Below, in pieces: positions 39,221-50,705 of a stretch of 64,000 nucleotides of DNA. The stretch is from Burkholderiales bacterium. Its GTDB lineage: Bacteria > Pseudomonadota > Gammaproteobacteria > Burkholderiales > SG8-41. The position numbers and the translations under genes are program-made. Each line of letters starts with the position of its first letter. Position 1 is the first letter of the stretch. Below the pieces are notes generated by a model that was given only the letters and a program-made list of their open reading frames with translations, was not told where the DNA came from and did no database searches. The stretch covers positions 26,762 to 90,761 of the forward strand of contig JALHND010000001.1 of the NCBI GenBank assembly GCA_022843705.1, read 5' to 3'.

Positions 39221-39246
39221 GCAATTCGAGCTATCGGTACAGCCGG

Positions 39247-40170
39247 TCAGCCGGGCAATTGCAGAAACTGCGCGGGGTTGCGCGCGGCACCACGCTGGCG
39301 CACCTCGAAGTGCAGATGCGCACCTGTTGCGCGCCCGGTCCTGCCGACATCGGCAATCCGGGAGCCACGCAGCACGATGTCCCCAACCTTCACCAGACGT
39401 TTCGAAGCGTGTGCGTACCGCGAGATCAGATCATTGCCGTGATCAATCTCTATCATATTACCATATTGAGGGTGGAATTCTGAGTAGACAACAACGCCTG
39501 CGGCTGCAGCATAAATGGGCGTTCCTTCTTCCGCCATGAAGTCTATGCCTTCGTGAAAAGCACGCTGCCCGGTGAACGGGTCGATGCGCCAGCCGAAGTT
39601 CGAGGAATACCAGCCCCCCTCCACCGGCAGCTTGGTCGGCGTCAGTTTCTTGCGGGCACTTTCCAGTGTGAACATGGATTCCAGCAGGCCGAGCTTGTCC
39701 CCGCGATCCTCAAGTTGAAGCGTCAATTGCTCGACCTGGCGCGTGAAATCACCGAGTGAAAGATTCTGGCTGGGAATCGAGGACAAGGCACCGCCGCGCC
39801 CCGGCACCTCGTTGAACATCAGGTCCTGCGGCTTGAATCCGGCCAGTTTGGCCAGACGTTCGCCCAGCGTGTCCAGGCGCAGCAACTGGGCCTGCATCTG
39901 TCCCAGCCTTACCGCCATCGCATTGAGGTTGTCCTGGAGATAGGACTGGTTTTTTTCCTGCTGCTGCTGGTGTATGGTCACCAGCACATCCCTGACATAG
40001 GGGATGTTCAGTTCCGAGGCAAAGCGCAAAATGCCGTAATTTAGTGCACCGGCCAGCGTCAGTACCAGTACCATCAGCAGTGACGCCAAGCCGGCAAGAT
40101 GCGGCCATCCCAGCGTGATGGTCCGCGCCTTCGGCAGCCTCTCGGAAACCAGAATAATATTCATGGTCAA
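39247..40170 (-). CDS. M23-family peptidoglycan DD-metalloendopeptidase with N-terminal TM and coiled coil
   Basis: 307 aa with an N-terminal TM, a coiled-coil region, and the LytM motif HEGIDF...HLHFEV. Confidence 0.85.
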   Translation of the reverse strand: MTMNIILVSERLPKARTITLGWPHLAGLASLLMVLVLTLAGALNYGILRFASELNIPYVRDVLVTIHQQQQEKNQSYLQDNLNAMAVRLGQMQAQLLRLDTLGERLAKLAGFKPQDLMFNEVPGRGGALSSIPSQNLSLGDFTRQVEQLTLQLEDRGDKLGLLESMFTLESARKKLTPTKLPVEGGWYSSNFGWRIDPFTGQRAFHEGIDFMAEEGTPIYAAAAGVVVYSEFHPQYGNMIEIDHGNDLISRYAHASKRLVKVGDIVLRGSRIADVGRTGRATGAHLHFEVRQRGAARNPAQFLQLPG

Positions 40171-40184
40171 ACTCCATTGTCGCC

Positions 40185-40625
40185 ATGCCCACCCGCAAAT
40201 TCAGCGCCCTGATTGTAGAAACAGCGGGCTTGTCAGCACTGAACCGGGCAACGCAGCGCATTTCAGCACTGCAACGGCTTTATTCGGTCTGCGCGCCCCC
40301 TGAACTGTCCCTGGCAAGCCGGGTGGTCGGGGACCACAACGGCACGCTGGTCATAGCGGCAGACAACGGTGCAATCGCGGCAAAACTGAAGCAGATCATG
40401 CCCCGACTGCTGAAGAACCTGCAAAAGCAGAGCGCGCAGGTTACTGGAATCCGGATTCAAGTTCAAGTTTCCGGACAACAACCTGCAGCCCGGGTTTACA
40501 CCGAAAAACCGGAGTTACCCATTGATTTAATTGATAATTTTGAAAAACTGTCAAACCGGGTTCAAGATCCCGGGTTACGCTCGGCCCTTGCCCGCTTTGC
40601 CGCCAGGCGCCGTAGCAAGGGCTGA
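40185..40625 (+). CDS. DUF721 (DciA-like) protein
   Basis: 146 aa with ...HNGTLVIAADNGAIAAKLKQIMPRLLKNL..., resembling DUF721. The position between lpxC and secA is typical in betaproteobacteria. Confidence 0.55.
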   Translation: MPTRKFSALIVETAGLSALNRATQRISALQRLYSVCAPPELSLASRVVGDHNGTLVIAADNGAIAAKLKQIMPRLLKNLQKQSAQVTGIRIQVQVSGQQPAARVYTEKPELPIDLIDNFEKLSNRVQDPGLRSALARFAARRRSKG

Positions 40626-40647
40626 CAACGCCGTCCATCCGGAATGC

Positions 40648-40833
40648 TCAGATGATCATCAAAAACCGCTCGGCGGCGTAGAACAGCATCAGCAGGGCTG
40701 CGAAAGCCAGCGTCCCGAGAAAAACCCGCCAGGCAAAGCGCAGGTAGCGCTGGTCCCGCGACACCGCATAAAGCACGAAGCAGACGCCGATGCTGACCAG
40801 CGCAAGGATACCGACGAGCCGCAGCAGCAGCAT
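40648..40833 (-). CDS. small two-TM membrane protein (hypothetical)
   Basis: 61 aa: MLLLRLVGILALVSIGVCFVLYAV...LGTLAFAALLMLFYAA. G/C-rich third codon positions. Starts 39 nt downstream of lpxC. No clear SD. Confidence 0.45.
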   Translation of the reverse strand: MLLLRLVGILALVSIGVCFVLYAVSRDQRYLRFAWRVFLGTLAFAALLMLFYAAERFLMII

Positions 40834-40872
40834 TTGGGGGATCAGGCCGGCCGTGCCGCGGTCCGGGACCGG

Positions 40873-41784
40873 TCAGGCCGCCTGCGGCTGCCAGGCCAGG
40901 AAAGGCGGAGCGTCTTCGTTGCGGTCAAAACTGACGTATTCCCAGGCCCTGGGCTGCTCCAGCAGGTAGCGCAGCAGGCGGTTGTTCATCGCATGGCCGG
41001 ACTTGTGCCCCCTGAACGAGCCGATCAGGGGGTGACCGAGCAGGTAAAGATCCCCGATCGCGTCAAGCACCTTGTGCTTGACGAATTCGTTGTCGTAACG
41101 GAGTCCGTCGGTATTGAGCACCCGGTATTCGTCCATCACGATCGCATTGTCGAGGCTGCCGCCCAGCGCCAGGCCCTGCGAGCGCATGCTCTCGACGTCC
41201 TGCATGAAACCGAAGGTGCGCGCACGCGCCACTTCGTTGACATAGGACGTGGACGAGAAATCAACCACGACCGACTGTGCACTGGCATCGAACACGGGAT
41301 GTGCATAATCGATCGCCAGTTCGAGCCGGAAGCCGTTGTGGGGATCAAAACGCACCCACTTGTCGCCGTCACGCACCTCCACCGGCTCCAGGATGCGGAT
41401 GAACTTTTTCGGCGCCTCCTGCTCTTCGATCCCGGCTGATTGCAGCAGGAACACGAAGGGGCCGGCGCTGCCATCCATGATCGGCACTTCCGGCGCCGTC
41501 ACATCGATCCAGACATTGTCAACACCAAGCCCGGCCAGCGCCGACATCAGATGTTCGACCGTCTGCACGCGCGCGCCGTCCTTCTCGAGGCAGGACGACA
41601 GCCGGGTGTCATGCACTGCATACGGATCGGCCCTGATCTCGACCGGTGGCTCAAGGTCGGTCCTGCGGAACACGATGCCGGTGTGCGGCTGCGCCGGGCG
41701 CAGGGTCAGATGGACCTTCTCGCCCGTGTGCAGACCCACGCCAGTGGCACGGATCACGTTTTTTAATGTGCGCTGCCTGATCAT
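40873..41784 (-). CDS. lpxC: UDP-3-O-acyl-N-acetylglucosamine deacetylase
   Basis: 303 aa: [24 protein letters not shown]...[14 protein letters not shown]...[14 protein letters not shown]. Confidence 0.95.
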   Translation of the reverse strand: MIRQRTLKNVIRATGVGLHTGEKVHLTLRPAQPHTGIVFRRTDLEPPVEIRADPYAVHDTRLSSCLEKDGARVQTVEHLMSALAGLGVDNVWIDVTAPEVPIMDGSAGPFVFLLQSAGIEEQEAPKKFIRILEPVEVRDGDKWVRFDPHNGFRLELAIDYAHPVFDASAQSVVVDFSSTSYVNEVARARTFGFMQDVESMRSQGLALGGSLDNAIVMDEYRVLNTDGLRYDNEFVKHKVLDAIGDLYLLGHPLIGSFRGHKSGHAMNNRLLRYLLEQPRAWEYVSFDRNEDAPPFLAWQPQAA

Positions 41785-41921
41785 CGTGACAAAGCTTATC
41801 CCTTACCCCCGCTTTGCGGGGGTTTCCGATGCGGATTTTATCATGCTGCCGCAGTGCAGCAAAACCAGTCCGCCAAGCCGCTTGCCGGCGAGCCGAGTCT
41901 GAAGCCCTGCGCGCTCCGTGA

Positions 41922-43082
41922 TCAGTCGGCCTGCTTGCGCAGGAATGCAGGAATGTCGAGCATTTCCACGCCCGATTGCCGCATCGCCTCCACCGTCGCA
42001 TCACGGTTGCGGCGACGGATCACGGCAGGCTGCTCCAGCGCGCCGTAATCGACGTCCATCGCCATGTTGTCGGTTCCGGTTTTCTGCGATACGACGATCA
42101 TCGGCTTGGGCTGCTGGCGGGCCATCGGTTTGCCCAGGCCGGTCGCCACGATGGTCACCCGCAGGCCGTCCTCGAGGCTGTCGTCATACACCGTGCCGAC
42201 AATGACGGTGGCCGAATCGGCGGCAAAGGCCTTGATGGTTTCCATGACGTCATACATTTCCTGCAACTGGAAAGTCGCCTTGCTGGCCGAGATGTTCACC
42301 AGCACGCCGCGCGCATCCGAAATGTTGATGTCCTCCAGCAGCGGGCAGGCGACCGCCTGCTCGGCAGCCTCGCGGGCGCGACCGATGCCGGCCGCCTTGG
42401 CGGAACCCATCATTGCCATGCCCATTTCGCCCATCACCGTGCGCACGTCGGCAAAGTCGACGTTGATCATGCCCGGGCAGCTGATGATTTCGGCAATGCC
42501 GGCAACTGCCCCGTGAAGAACGTCGTTGGCTGCACGGAACGCCTCGTCCAAGGTGATCGAGTTGCCCAGCACCTGCATCAGCTTGTCGTTGGGGATCACG
42601 ATCAGCGAATCGACATGCTGCGCCAGCGCATCGAGTCCTTCCTGTGCGATGCGCTGGCGTTTGCCTTCGAACGCAAACGGCTTGGTCACCACGGCCACCG
42701 TCAGGATGCCGAGTTCCTTGGCGATTTCAGCGACCACCGGCGCGGCACCGGTGCCGGTGCCGCCGCCCATGCCCGCGGTCAGGAACAGCATGTCCGCCCC
42801 GGAAATCAGCTCGGCAATGCGTTCACGATCTTCAAGGGCGGCCTGGCGGCCGACCTCAGGATTCGCGCCGGCGCCGAGCCCCTTGGTGATTTCGCCGCCA
42901 AGCTGCAGCTGCGTTTTGGCCTGATTGCGCTTGAGCGCCTGGGCATCGGTGTTGGCGCAGATGAATTCCACGCCCTGCACGCCCTGGACGATCATGTGAT
43001 CCACCGCATTGCCGCCGCAGCCGCCGACACCGATCACCTTGATTACCGCTTCCTGCGCCTGTGCATCAATCAGTTCAATCAT
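41922..43082 (-). CDS. ftsZ: cell division protein FtsZ
   Basis: ORF trimmed to the ATG at 43082, after AAGGAG. Contains IKVIGVGGCGGNAV and the tubulin signature GGGTGTGAAP. Confidence 0.96.
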   Translation of the reverse strand: MIELIDAQAQEAVIKVIGVGGCGGNAVDHMIVQGVQGVEFICANTDAQALKRNQAKTQLQLGGEITKGLGAGANPEVGRQAALEDRERIAELISGADMLFLTAGMGGGTGTGAAPVVAEIAKELGILTVAVVTKPFAFEGKRQRIAQEGLDALAQHVDSLIVIPNDKLMQVLGNSITLDEAFRAANDVLHGAVAGIAEIISCPGMINVDFADVRTVMGEMGMAMMGSAKAAGIGRAREAAEQAVACPLLEDINISDARGVLVNISASKATFQLQEMYDVMETIKAFAADSATVIVGTVYDDSLEDGLRVTIVATGLGKPMARQQPKPMIVVSQKTGTDNMAMDVDYGALEQPAVIRRRNRDATVEAMRQSGVEMLDIPAFLRKQAD

Positions 43083-43169
43083 GTGAGTCTCCTTTTTCCG
43101 CAAACAAAGTAATGTTGAAAAATCCCGAAATTCCAAAACCAGAAAACCGTATGCCCCGCATTGCCCGCA

Positions 43170-44420
43170 CTAGAAATTCCCCGTAAACCAGTTTTTCATC
43201 CGCTCCAGCACCTGCTGCAGGCTGCTCACATGCATGCGCGCCACATCGCGCTGGCGATGTTCGTCGGCGCCCGCAATCAGCAGGCCGACGCCGGTCGCAT
43301 AACGCGTGCTGCGCACCACCTCGGACAGCCCGCCCGAGTACTGCGGCATGCCGATGCGCACCGGCATGTGGAAAATCTCCTCTCCCAGTTCAACCATGCC
43401 CTGCATCGCGCTCGAACCCCCTGTCAGCACCACACCGGATGACAGCAGCTCCTCGTAACCGCTGCGGCGCAGTTCCGCCTGCACCAGCGAATACAGCTCC
43501 TCGACCCGCGGCTCGATGACCTCGGCCAGCGTCTTGCGCGACAGCTGGCGCGTGCTGCGGTCGCCGACCCCGGGCACGTCCACCATTTCCTGGGGATCGG
43601 CAAGCTGCGACAGCGCGCAGCCGTAACGCTGCTTGATGTCTTCCGCATCCTTGGTCGGCGTGCGCAATGCCATCGCGATGTCATTGGTGATCTGGTCACC
43701 GGCAATAGGAATCACCGCGGTATGGCGGATCGCGCCGTGGGTGAACACGGCCATGTCGGTTGTGCCGCCGCCGATGTCGACGAGGCAGACCCCGAGGTCC
43801 TTCTCGTCATCCGACAGCACCGCGACCGAAGAGGCCAGCGGCTGCAGGATCAGGTCGTTGACCTCGAGACCGCAGCGACGGACGCACTTGATGATGTTCT
43901 GCGCCGCCGACACTGCGCCGGTGACGATATGCACCTTGACCTCCAGGCGCACGCCGGACATCCCGAGCGGTTCGCGCACGTCCTCCTGGCCGTCGATGAT
44001 GAATTCCTGGTTGAGCACGTGCAGGATCTGCTGGTCGTTGGGGATCTGCACCGCCTTCGCGGTTTCGATCACGCGGTCGATGTCCTGCTGCGACACCTCC
44101 TTGTCCTTGATCGCGACCATGCCCTGGGAATTGAAACTCTTGATGTGGTTGCCGGCGATGCCGGTGTAAACCTCGCGGATCTTGCAGTCGGCCATCAGTT
44201 CCGCCTCTTCCAGCGCGCGCTGGATGGCATTGACGGTGGTTTCGATGTTGACCACCACGCCTTTCTTCAGCCCGCGCGAGGGATGGCTGCCCATGCCGAT
44301 GATCTCGAAACCGCCCTCCGGCTTGAGTTCGGCGACGATGGCGACGATCTTCGAGGTCCCGATGTCGAGCCCCACCACGATCTTCTTGTTTTCCCTGGCC
44401 TTGTTCATCTGTCCTGTCAT
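43170..44420 (-). CDS. ftsA: cell division protein FtsA
   Basis: Actin-like ATPase with VVGLDIGTSKIVAIV and VDIGGGTTD. An alternative start is the ATG at 44408. Confidence 0.95.
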   Translation of the reverse strand: MTGQMNKARENKKIVVGLDIGTSKIVAIVAELKPEGGFEIIGMGSHPSRGLKKGVVVNIETTVNAIQRALEEAELMADCKIREVYTGIAGNHIKSFNSQGMVAIKDKEVSQQDIDRVIETAKAVQIPNDQQILHVLNQEFIIDGQEDVREPLGMSGVRLEVKVHIVTGAVSAAQNIIKCVRRCGLEVNDLILQPLASSVAVLSDDEKDLGVCLVDIGGGTTDMAVFTHGAIRHTAVIPIAGDQITNDIAMALRTPTKDAEDIKQRYGCALSQLADPQEMVDVPGVGDRSTRQLSRKTLAEVIEPRVEELYSLVQAELRRSGYEELLSSGVVLTGGSSAMQGMVELGEEIFHMPVRIGMPQYSGGLSEVVRSTRYATGVGLLIAGADEHRQRDVARMHVSSLQQVLERMKNWFTGNF

Positions 44421-44435
44421 TCCCTGTGCATCACC

Positions 44436-45173
44436 CTATGCGCCGCTTTTGCGCCGGACATCGTCCGCAATCGCCGGCAATCCCGGCACCCTTGCCGCAA
44501 ACCCGTTGGCATACCGCAGGTCGACCCGGTCCACCGGACGGGTCATGCGCGCAATCGTCCTCGGGTAGACGGCGACAAAACGGCGCAACCGCTGTTCAAC
44601 CTGTTCCCTGCCGAGATCAAGCGTCATGCCGTCGTCAAGCTTCAGTTGCCAGGCACGCCGCGGCGACACGTTGATTTCCCCGGGTGTCCTGCCGATGTCC
44701 TCAAGGCTGCGGCGGAAATGGTCATACTGGATGGTCATTTCCTTGGCAGCCCCCGGCGGACCGTTGAATACCGGCAACGCCCCGTCGAAAGCGGCGGCGA
44801 ACACCTCGCCCTGCACATTGACCAGAGCCTCGCGTCCCCAGCGCGCCAGGGGCACATGTTCGGTCAATGCCACCTCCAGCCCGCCCGGCCACTGCCGGCG
44901 CACATTGGCACTGCGCACCCAGGGCAGCTTCTCGAAAGCTTCGCGTGCCGTGTCCAGGCGCAGGGTGAACAGGGTTCCGCCAACCTCGCGCCTGACGATC
45001 TCCTCGATCTGCTGGCGGGTGACGTGTGTTACCGGCGTCACCACGCGCACCTGCGTGATCGAAAACACCGGCTGCCTCACCGCGTGCGACACCCCGGCGT
45101 AAAGCACGCCAAGCAGCGCCGCGATGAACAGCAGGTCGGCGATGAGGTTCAGCACGGCGGGTTTATCCCACAT
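44436..45173 (-). CDS. ftsQ: cell division protein FtsQ
   Basis: ORF trimmed to the ATG at 45173 ([22 protein letters not shown]...). Has a TM then a POTRA domain. Overlaps the ddl 3' end by 11 nt. Confidence 0.88.
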   Translation of the reverse strand: MWDKPAVLNLIADLLFIAALLGVLYAGVSHAVRQPVFSITQVRVVTPVTHVTRQQIEEIVRREVGGTLFTLRLDTAREAFEKLPWVRSANVRRQWPGGLEVALTEHVPLARWGREALVNVQGEVFAAAFDGALPVFNGPPGAAKEMTIQYDHFRRSLEDIGRTPGEINVSPRRAWQLKLDDGMTLDLGREQVEQRLRRFVAVYPRTIARMTRPVDRVDLRYANGFAARVPGLPAIADDVRRKSGA

Positions 45174-46074
45174 GGGCAAGCTCCAGGATGCGCAGCACCA
45201 GCGCCTCAAAGGAGAGTCCGGCCTGGCGCGCCGCCATCGGCACCAGGCTGTGCCCGGTCATGCCGGGAGAGGTGTTCATCTCCAGGAACTGCACGCTGCC
45301 GTCGGCGCGGCGGATCAGGTCTGCACGCCCCCAGCCGGCACAACCCAGCGCCCGTGCGCTGTGCATCACCAGTTCACGGATGCGCAGTTCTTCGGCCTCC
45401 GGCAACCCGCAGGGACAGTGATATTGGGTTTCGTCGCTGAAATACTTGTTCTGGTAGTCATAGTTGCCCTGCGGTGCCTCGATCCGGATCAGCGGCAGTG
45501 CCCGGTCACCGAGGAAACCGGCAGTCAATTCGCTGCCGTCGATGAATTCCTCCGCCATCACCAGTGCATCGTGACGCGCGGCCAGCGCCCAGGCCCCGGG
45601 CAGCGTCGCTGCATCGGTCACCTTGGTCAGGCCGATGGTCGAGCCTTCGCGCGCCGGCTTGATGATCAGAGGCAACCCCAGGCGCCGCACCACCCCTGCC
45701 CAGTCGCTGCCGGCATCAACGACTTCGAAACGCGGCGTCGGGATGCCGGCCGAAGCCCACACCATCTTCGTCCTTACCTTGTCCATCGACAGTGCGGAGG
45801 CCATCACGCCGCTGCCGGTATAGGGAATGCCCATCAACTCCAGCGCACCCTGCACCGTGCCGTCCTCGCCGTAACGGCCATGCAGCGCGATGAACACGCG
45901 GGAATAACCTTCCCGCTTCAGGTCGAAGATCTCCCTCTCGGCCGGATCAAACCCGTGCGCATCCAATCCGGCTCCGCACAGGGCTTCGAGCACCTTGCGG
46001 CCGCTCATCAGCGAAATCTCGCGCTCCGCACTGCGACCGCCGAAGAGCACCGCAATTTTTCCGTATCCACTCAT
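45163..46074 (-). CDS. ddl: D-alanine--D-alanine ligase
   Basis: 303 aa with [19 protein letters not shown] and an ATP-grasp domain ending ...[11 protein letters not shown]. Confidence 0.95.
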   Translation of the reverse strand: MSGYGKIAVLFGGRSAEREISLMSGRKVLEALCGAGLDAHGFDPAEREIFDLKREGYSRVFIALHGRYGEDGTVQGALELMGIPYTGSGVMASALSMDKVRTKMVWASAGIPTPRFEVVDAGSDWAGVVRRLGLPLIIKPAREGSTIGLTKVTDAATLPGAWALAARHDALVMAEEFIDGSELTAGFLGDRALPLIRIEAPQGNYDYQNKYFSDETQYHCPCGLPEAEELRIRELVMHSARALGCAGWGRADLIRRADGSVQFLEMNTSPGMTGHSLVPMAARQAGLSFEALVLRILELAHVG

Positions 46075-47075
46075 GCCGGCTCCCCGATCACGCGCACTTC
46101 CTGCTCGAGCCTGACTCCGAAACGCCGCGCCACTGCCTGCTGCGCTTCGGCAATCAGGGCCTCGATGTCGGCTGCGGTCGCCCCGCCGGTGTTGACGATG
46201 AAATTCGCGTGTTTTTCGGAAATCGACGCCCCGCCGATGGTTCTTCCCTTGAGGCCGCAGGCCTCGATCAGCCGCGCCGCATGGTCCCCGGGGGGATTGC
46301 GGAATACCGACCCCGCGTTCGGCTGGCCCAGCGGCTGCGAGGCAATCCGCTGCGAAAGCAGCGCCTTGATCCTTGCCCGCGACCGGACACCGTCACCCTG
46401 CGGCAGGGAAAAAGTCGCCGACACAAACCACTCCTCGGCCTGGCTGCCGACCTGCGCCGCAGCGGACACCTGTGACATCTGCCGGCAGCGCCGCTCGACG
46501 CTGCGATAGCCGATGGTGTAATGGGCCGGCGTGCGCAGGCGCAAGGTTCCGGTCCGGTCGACCGTTTCCACGCCAGACACGACATTCCAGGTTTCGCCGC
46601 CGTAACAGCCGGCGTTCATCGCCAGGGCACCGCCGACCGTACCGGGGATGCCCGCGAGAAACTCCGCGCCGTCAAGATTGTTCAGTGCCGCGACGCGCGC
46701 CACCTTCGGACTCGCCACGCCGGCCTCGGCGCGGATTTCGCCGCCGCCCGCCTTGCGCGTCACCTGCAGCCCGCGCAATGCCCAGTGGGTGAAAATGACG
46801 GTGCCGTCGAAACCGCCGTCCCGCACCAGCAGGTTGCTGCCCAGCCCGACCATGCAGACCGGCTCGTCTCCGCCCAGCCCGCGCAGGAACCCGACCAGAT
46901 CGGCCAGATCTGCAGGTGCATAACTGCTGCGCGCGCGCCCGCCGGCACGCCAGCTGACATGCCTTGCCATCGGCTCGTCTCGCCGCAGTTCGCCGCGTAA
47001 CCCGCTGCGCCTGATTCCTGCCTGTTCGCTCATGTCCATTTCGTTAAGTTGTCCCGGGCCGGCTTTTCCGCTCAC
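46071..47075 (-). CDS. murB: UDP-N-acetylenolpyruvoylglucosamine reductase
   Basis: FAD-binding PCMH domain ([15 protein letters not shown]) and GSVFRNP. GTG start at 47075 overlaps the murC stop (GTGA). An ATG at 47039 is the alternative. Confidence 0.9.
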   Translation of the reverse strand: MSGKAGPGQLNEMDMSEQAGIRRSGLRGELRRDEPMARHVSWRAGGRARSSYAPADLADLVGFLRGLGGDEPVCMVGLGSNLLVRDGGFDGTVIFTHWALRGLQVTRKAGGGEIRAEAGVASPKVARVAALNNLDGAEFLAGIPGTVGGALAMNAGCYGGETWNVVSGVETVDRTGTLRLRTPAHYTIGYRSVERRCRQMSQVSAAAQVGSQAEEWFVSATFSLPQGDGVRSRARIKALLSQRIASQPLGQPNAGSVFRNPPGDHAARLIEACGLKGRTIGGASISEKHANFIVNTGGATAADIEALIAEAQQAVARRFGVRLEQEVRVIGEPA

Positions 47076-48466
47076 GAGCCCGCCTTCGCCAGCCGCGCCG
47101 CAACCGTGCCGATCGACCCGGCACCCATCGCCAGCACCACATCGCCGTCCCGTACCGCGCCGCCAATCGCTGCCGGCAGATCCGCAACCTGCTCGACAAA
47201 CACCGGCTCCACTTTTCCCAGCACCCGCACCGCACGTGCCAGCGCCCGGCCATCGGCGGCGACAATCGGCGCCTCGCCCGCCGGATAGACTTCGGTGAGC
47301 AACAGCGCATCCACGCTCGACAGCACACGCACAAAATCCTCGAAACAGTCGCGGGTACGGGTGTAGCGGTGGGGCTGGAACGCCAGAACCAGCCGGCGGC
47401 CTGGAAACGCGCCGCGCGCAGCGGCGATGGTTGCCGCCATTTCCACCGGGTGGTGGCCGTAGTCATCAATCAGGTCATAACTGCCGTCGCGCAGCGCGAT
47501 TGCGCCGTAACGCTGGAAACGCCGGCCGACGCCCTTGAAATCGGCCAGTGCCTTGACGATCTTTTCATCCGCGACTCCGGCCTCCATCCCGACAGCGATC
47601 GCGGCCAGCGCGTTCTGCACGTTGTGCACGCCCGGCAGGTTGAGCACGATGTCGAGGTCGGGCAGGCGTTTGCCATTCATGCGCTGGACCCGGAAACGCA
47701 TGCGCCCCGCATCAGCCGTCACCGACTGCGCGCGGATCTGCGACCCCTCGCCGAGACCGTAGGTGACAACCGTCTTCGTCAGCCGCGGCATGACCGAACG
47801 CACGTTGGCATCGTCATTGCACAGCACCGCGACACCGTAAAACGGCAGGCGCTCCACGAAGTCGACAAAAGCCTGCTTCAGCCGGTCCAGCGAGTGGTCA
47901 TAGGTCTCCATGTGGTCGGCATCAATGTTGGTGACCACGGAAATCACCGGCTGCAGGTGCAGGAAGGACGCATCGGATTCATCCGCCTCGGCGACGATGA
48001 ACTCGCCGGCACCCAGCCGGGCATGCGCGCCGGCACTCTCCAGGCGCCCGCCGATCACGAAGGTCGGATCAAGGCCGCCCTCGGCCAGGACGCTGGCCGC
48101 CAGGCTGGTGGTCGTGGTCTTGCCGTGGGTTCCGGCCACCGCGATGCCCTGCTTCAAGCGCATCAATTCGGCCAGCATCAGTGCCCGCGGCACCACCGGC
48201 ACATGGCGCGCACGCGCCGCGACAACTTCCGGATTGTCCGGCTTCACGGCACTGGAAATGACCACCACGTCGGCTGCCGCGACATGCGCCGCGTCGTGAC
48301 CGATGCGCACCTGCGCGCCGAGGCCGGCAAGACGCCGCGTGGCACTGCCTTCGCTGAGATCTGAGCCGCTGACCGAGTACCCGAGGTTGAGCAGCACTTC
48401 CGCAATGCCGCTCATCCCGGCCCCGCCGATGCCCACGAAATGCACCTGTCGCACCTTGTGCCTCAT
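47072..48466 (-). CDS. murC: UDP-N-acetylmuramate--L-alanine ligase
   Basis: 464 aa with [18 protein letters not shown] and GTHGKTTTT. Confidence 0.95.
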   Translation of the reverse strand: MRHKVRQVHFVGIGGAGMSGIAEVLLNLGYSVSGSDLSEGSATRRLAGLGAQVRIGHDAAHVAAADVVVISSAVKPDNPEVVAARARHVPVVPRALMLAELMRLKQGIAVAGTHGKTTTTSLAASVLAEGGLDPTFVIGGRLESAGAHARLGAGEFIVAEADESDASFLHLQPVISVVTNIDADHMETYDHSLDRLKQAFVDFVERLPFYGVAVLCNDDANVRSVMPRLTKTVVTYGLGEGSQIRAQSVTADAGRMRFRVQRMNGKRLPDLDIVLNLPGVHNVQNALAAIAVGMEAGVADEKIVKALADFKGVGRRFQRYGAIALRDGSYDLIDDYGHHPVEMAATIAAARGAFPGRRLVLAFQPHRYTRTRDCFEDFVRVLSSVDALLLTEVYPAGEAPIVAADGRALARAVRVLGKVEPVFVEQVADLPAAIGGAVRDGDVVLAMGAGSIGTVAARLAKAGS

Positions 48467-49536
48467 GCCGGCGCCAGCTCCATGCAGTAGTCCGCGACCC
48501 GGATTGCGGCGTCCGGCTTGCCCGCCGCACGTGCAGCCCGCGCCATCTCCAGCAGCTTGCCGCGGGTCAGCCCGCGCAGGACGTCGGCCAGCACCCGCGG
48601 CGTCAGGTCCTTCTGCGGCATCAGCAGTGCAGCACCGCGATCCGCGAGATAACGCGCATTGCGCGTCTGGTGATCATCCACCGCATGCGGAAAGGGAACG
48701 AGAATGCTGCCGACACCGGCCACAGCCAGTTCGGTGACCGTGGTGGCGCCGGCGCGGCAAACCAGCAGGTCGGCCTCGCCATAACGTGCCGCCATGTCGT
48801 CGATAAAGGCCGGCACCTCGGCCTCCACCCCGGCCGAACGGTAAGTTGCGCGCAACTGTTCCGCATGCGCGGCACCCGCCTGGTGCACCACCAGCGGGCG
48901 TTCCGCGGCCGCCATCAGGGCCAGGGCCTGCGGCACCGTTTCGTTCAGCGCCCTCGCCCCGAGGCTGCCGCCGATCACCAGCAGCCGCAGGGGACCGCCG
49001 CGATTGGCAAACCGCACTTCCGGCGGCGGCAGGTTGACAATGTCGGTACGCACCGGATTGCCCGACCAGATCACGTTGACGCGTCCCTCAAAAGCATCGG
49101 GAAATGCCGAAAGCACGCGGTCGGCCACACCCGCAAGCACGCGGTTGGCCAGACCCGGGACCGCGTTCTGTTCGTGGATCAGCAGCGGCCTGCCGAACAG
49201 GGCCGCCATCATGCCGCCGGGAAAAGAGGCGTAACCGCCCATGCCCAGCACCACGTCGGGCCGGTGCCGGAATATCGCCTTGGCGCTTTGCCAGAACGCC
49301 ACCAGCAGGGCAGCCGGCAGCAGCAGCTTGCGCAGCCAGCCCTTGCCACGCACGCCGCCGAAACGGATCCATTCCGCCGTATAGCCCCGGGGAGGCACCA
49401 GGCGCTCTTCCATGCCGCCGCGCGCTCCCAGCCAGACCACGCGCCAGCCGCGCCCGCGCAGTTCATCGGCGACGGCAAGCGCCGGGAAAATGTGGCCGCC
49501 GGTACCGCCGGCCATGACGAGAATGGTCCGGCTCAT
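48463..49536 (-). CDS. murG: undecaprenyldiphospho-muramoylpentapeptide beta-N-acetylglucosaminyltransferase
   Basis: ORF trimmed to the ATG at 49536 (ATGA overlap with the ftsW stop). N-terminus [23 protein letters not shown]. Confidence 0.94.
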   Translation of the reverse strand: MSRTILVMAGGTGGHIFPALAVADELRGRGWRVVWLGARGGMEERLVPPRGYTAEWIRFGGVRGKGWLRKLLLPAALLVAFWQSAKAIFRHRPDVVLGMGGYASFPGGMMAALFGRPLLIHEQNAVPGLANRVLAGVADRVLSAFPDAFEGRVNVIWSGNPVRTDIVNLPPPEVRFANRGGPLRLLVIGGSLGARALNETVPQALALMAAAERPLVVHQAGAAHAEQLRATYRSAGVEAEVPAFIDDMAARYGEADLLVCRAGATTVTELAVAGVGSILVPFPHAVDDHQTRNARYLADRGAALLMPQKDLTPRVLADVLRGLTRGKLLEMARAARAAGKPDAAIRVADYCMELAPA

Positions 49537-50705
49537 ACGGTAAACCCGCGCTGCATCTGGCGATTCTCCCAGTCGACCCGCAGCAGCACCGCCAGCGCGC
49601 AACAGGTGGCGAGGATCGCGCTGCCACCGAAAGACAGCAGGGGCAGCGTCAGTCCCTTGGTTGGCAGCACCCCCATGTTGACGCCCATGTTGATGATCAC
49701 CTGCACGCCGATCCACAGGCCGATGCCCTGCGCCACCAGCGCCGCATACGGCCGGTCAAGATCGGCCGCGCGACGGCCGATGGCAAATGCCCGCGCGACG
49801 ATCCAGGCGAACAGCAGCACCAGCGCCAGCACGCCGGCAAAACCGAGCTCCTCGGCAATCACCGCCAGCAGGAAATCGGTGTGCGCCTCGGGCAGGTAGA
49901 ACAGCTTCTCGACGCTGGCGCCGAGGCCGACGCCGAACCATTCGCCACGGCCAAAGGCAATCAGCGCATGTGAAAGCTGGTAACCCTTGCCGTAGGGATC
50001 CGCCCAGGGATCCATGAAACCGATTACCCGCTGCATGCGGTACGGACTGCTCCAGATCAGCAGCAGGAAACCGAGCACCAGCATCACGATCAGACCGGCG
50101 AACAGCTTCCAGTTCATGCCGCCGAGAAAGAGGATGCCCATCGCGATCACCGTGATCACCGCAAACGCGCCGAAATCGGGTTCACGCAGCAGCAAGCCCC
50201 CGGTCAGCAGCATCACGCCGGCCATCGGCAGGAAACCCTTGCGCAGGCTGTGCATGAATGCCGCCTTGCGCACGGTGTAGTCGGCGGCGTAAAGCACCGC
50301 GCACAGTTTCATCAGTTCCGAGGGCTGCAGGTTGGCAATGCCCAGCGGCAGCCAGCGCCGGCTGCCGTTGACCTCGCGGCCGATGCCCGGTATCAGCACC
50401 AGCATCAACAGAACCATGCCCAGCACGAACAGCAGCGGCGCGGCACGCTGCCAGACCCGCAATGGCACCTGGAACACGATCGCGGCCGCCACCAGGCTGA
50501 CCAGGATGTAGGCGGCATGCCGGGTCAGGTAGTACACCGCGCTGTTGCCGGTGCTGCGGCTTGCCTCGGCGATCGCGATCGATGCCGAATACACCATGAC
50601 CATGCCGAACCCCAGCAGCAGCAGCGTCACCCAGATCAGTGCGCCGTCGTATTCGTCGCCGGCCGCACGCTGGTTGACCGTGGCGTAGTACTGGCTCACG
50701 CGCAC
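49533..50705 (-). CDS. ftsW: peptidoglycan glycosyltransferase FtsW (SEDS family)
   Basis: 390-aa polytopic protein with ...VMVYSASIA..., ...PSELMK... and [14 protein letters not shown]. Confidence 0.93.
   Translation of the reverse strand: MRVSQYYATVNQRAAGDEYDGALIWVTLLLLGFGMVMVYSASIAIAEASRSTGNSAVYYLTRHAAYILVSLVAAAIVFQVPLRVWQRAAPLLFVLGMVLLMLVLIPGIGREVNGSRRWLPLGIANLQPSELMKLCAVLYAADYTVRKAAFMHSLRKGFLPMAGVMLLTGGLLLREPDFGAFAVITVIAMGILFLGGMNWKLFAGLIVMLVLGFLLLIWSSPYRMQRVIGFMDPWADPYGKGYQLSHALIAFGRGEWFGVGLGASVEKLFYLPEAHTDFLLAVIAEELGFAGVLALVLLFAWIVARAFAIGRRAADLDRPYAALVAQGIGLWIGVQVIINMGVNMGVLPTKGLTLPLLSFGGSAILATCCALAVLLRVDWENRQMQRGFTV

Noticed and set aside
41806-41827. CCCCCGC-TTT-GCGGGGG hairpin between ftsZ and lpxC
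   Set aside because: On the coding (minus) strand it is not followed by a U tract. The short T run is on the non-transcribed orientation. It may be a processing or stability stem, but a terminator call is not justified.
43722-45440. 572-aa + strand ORF
   Set aside because: Antisense to ftsA, ftsQ and ddl. Same shadow-ORF composition.
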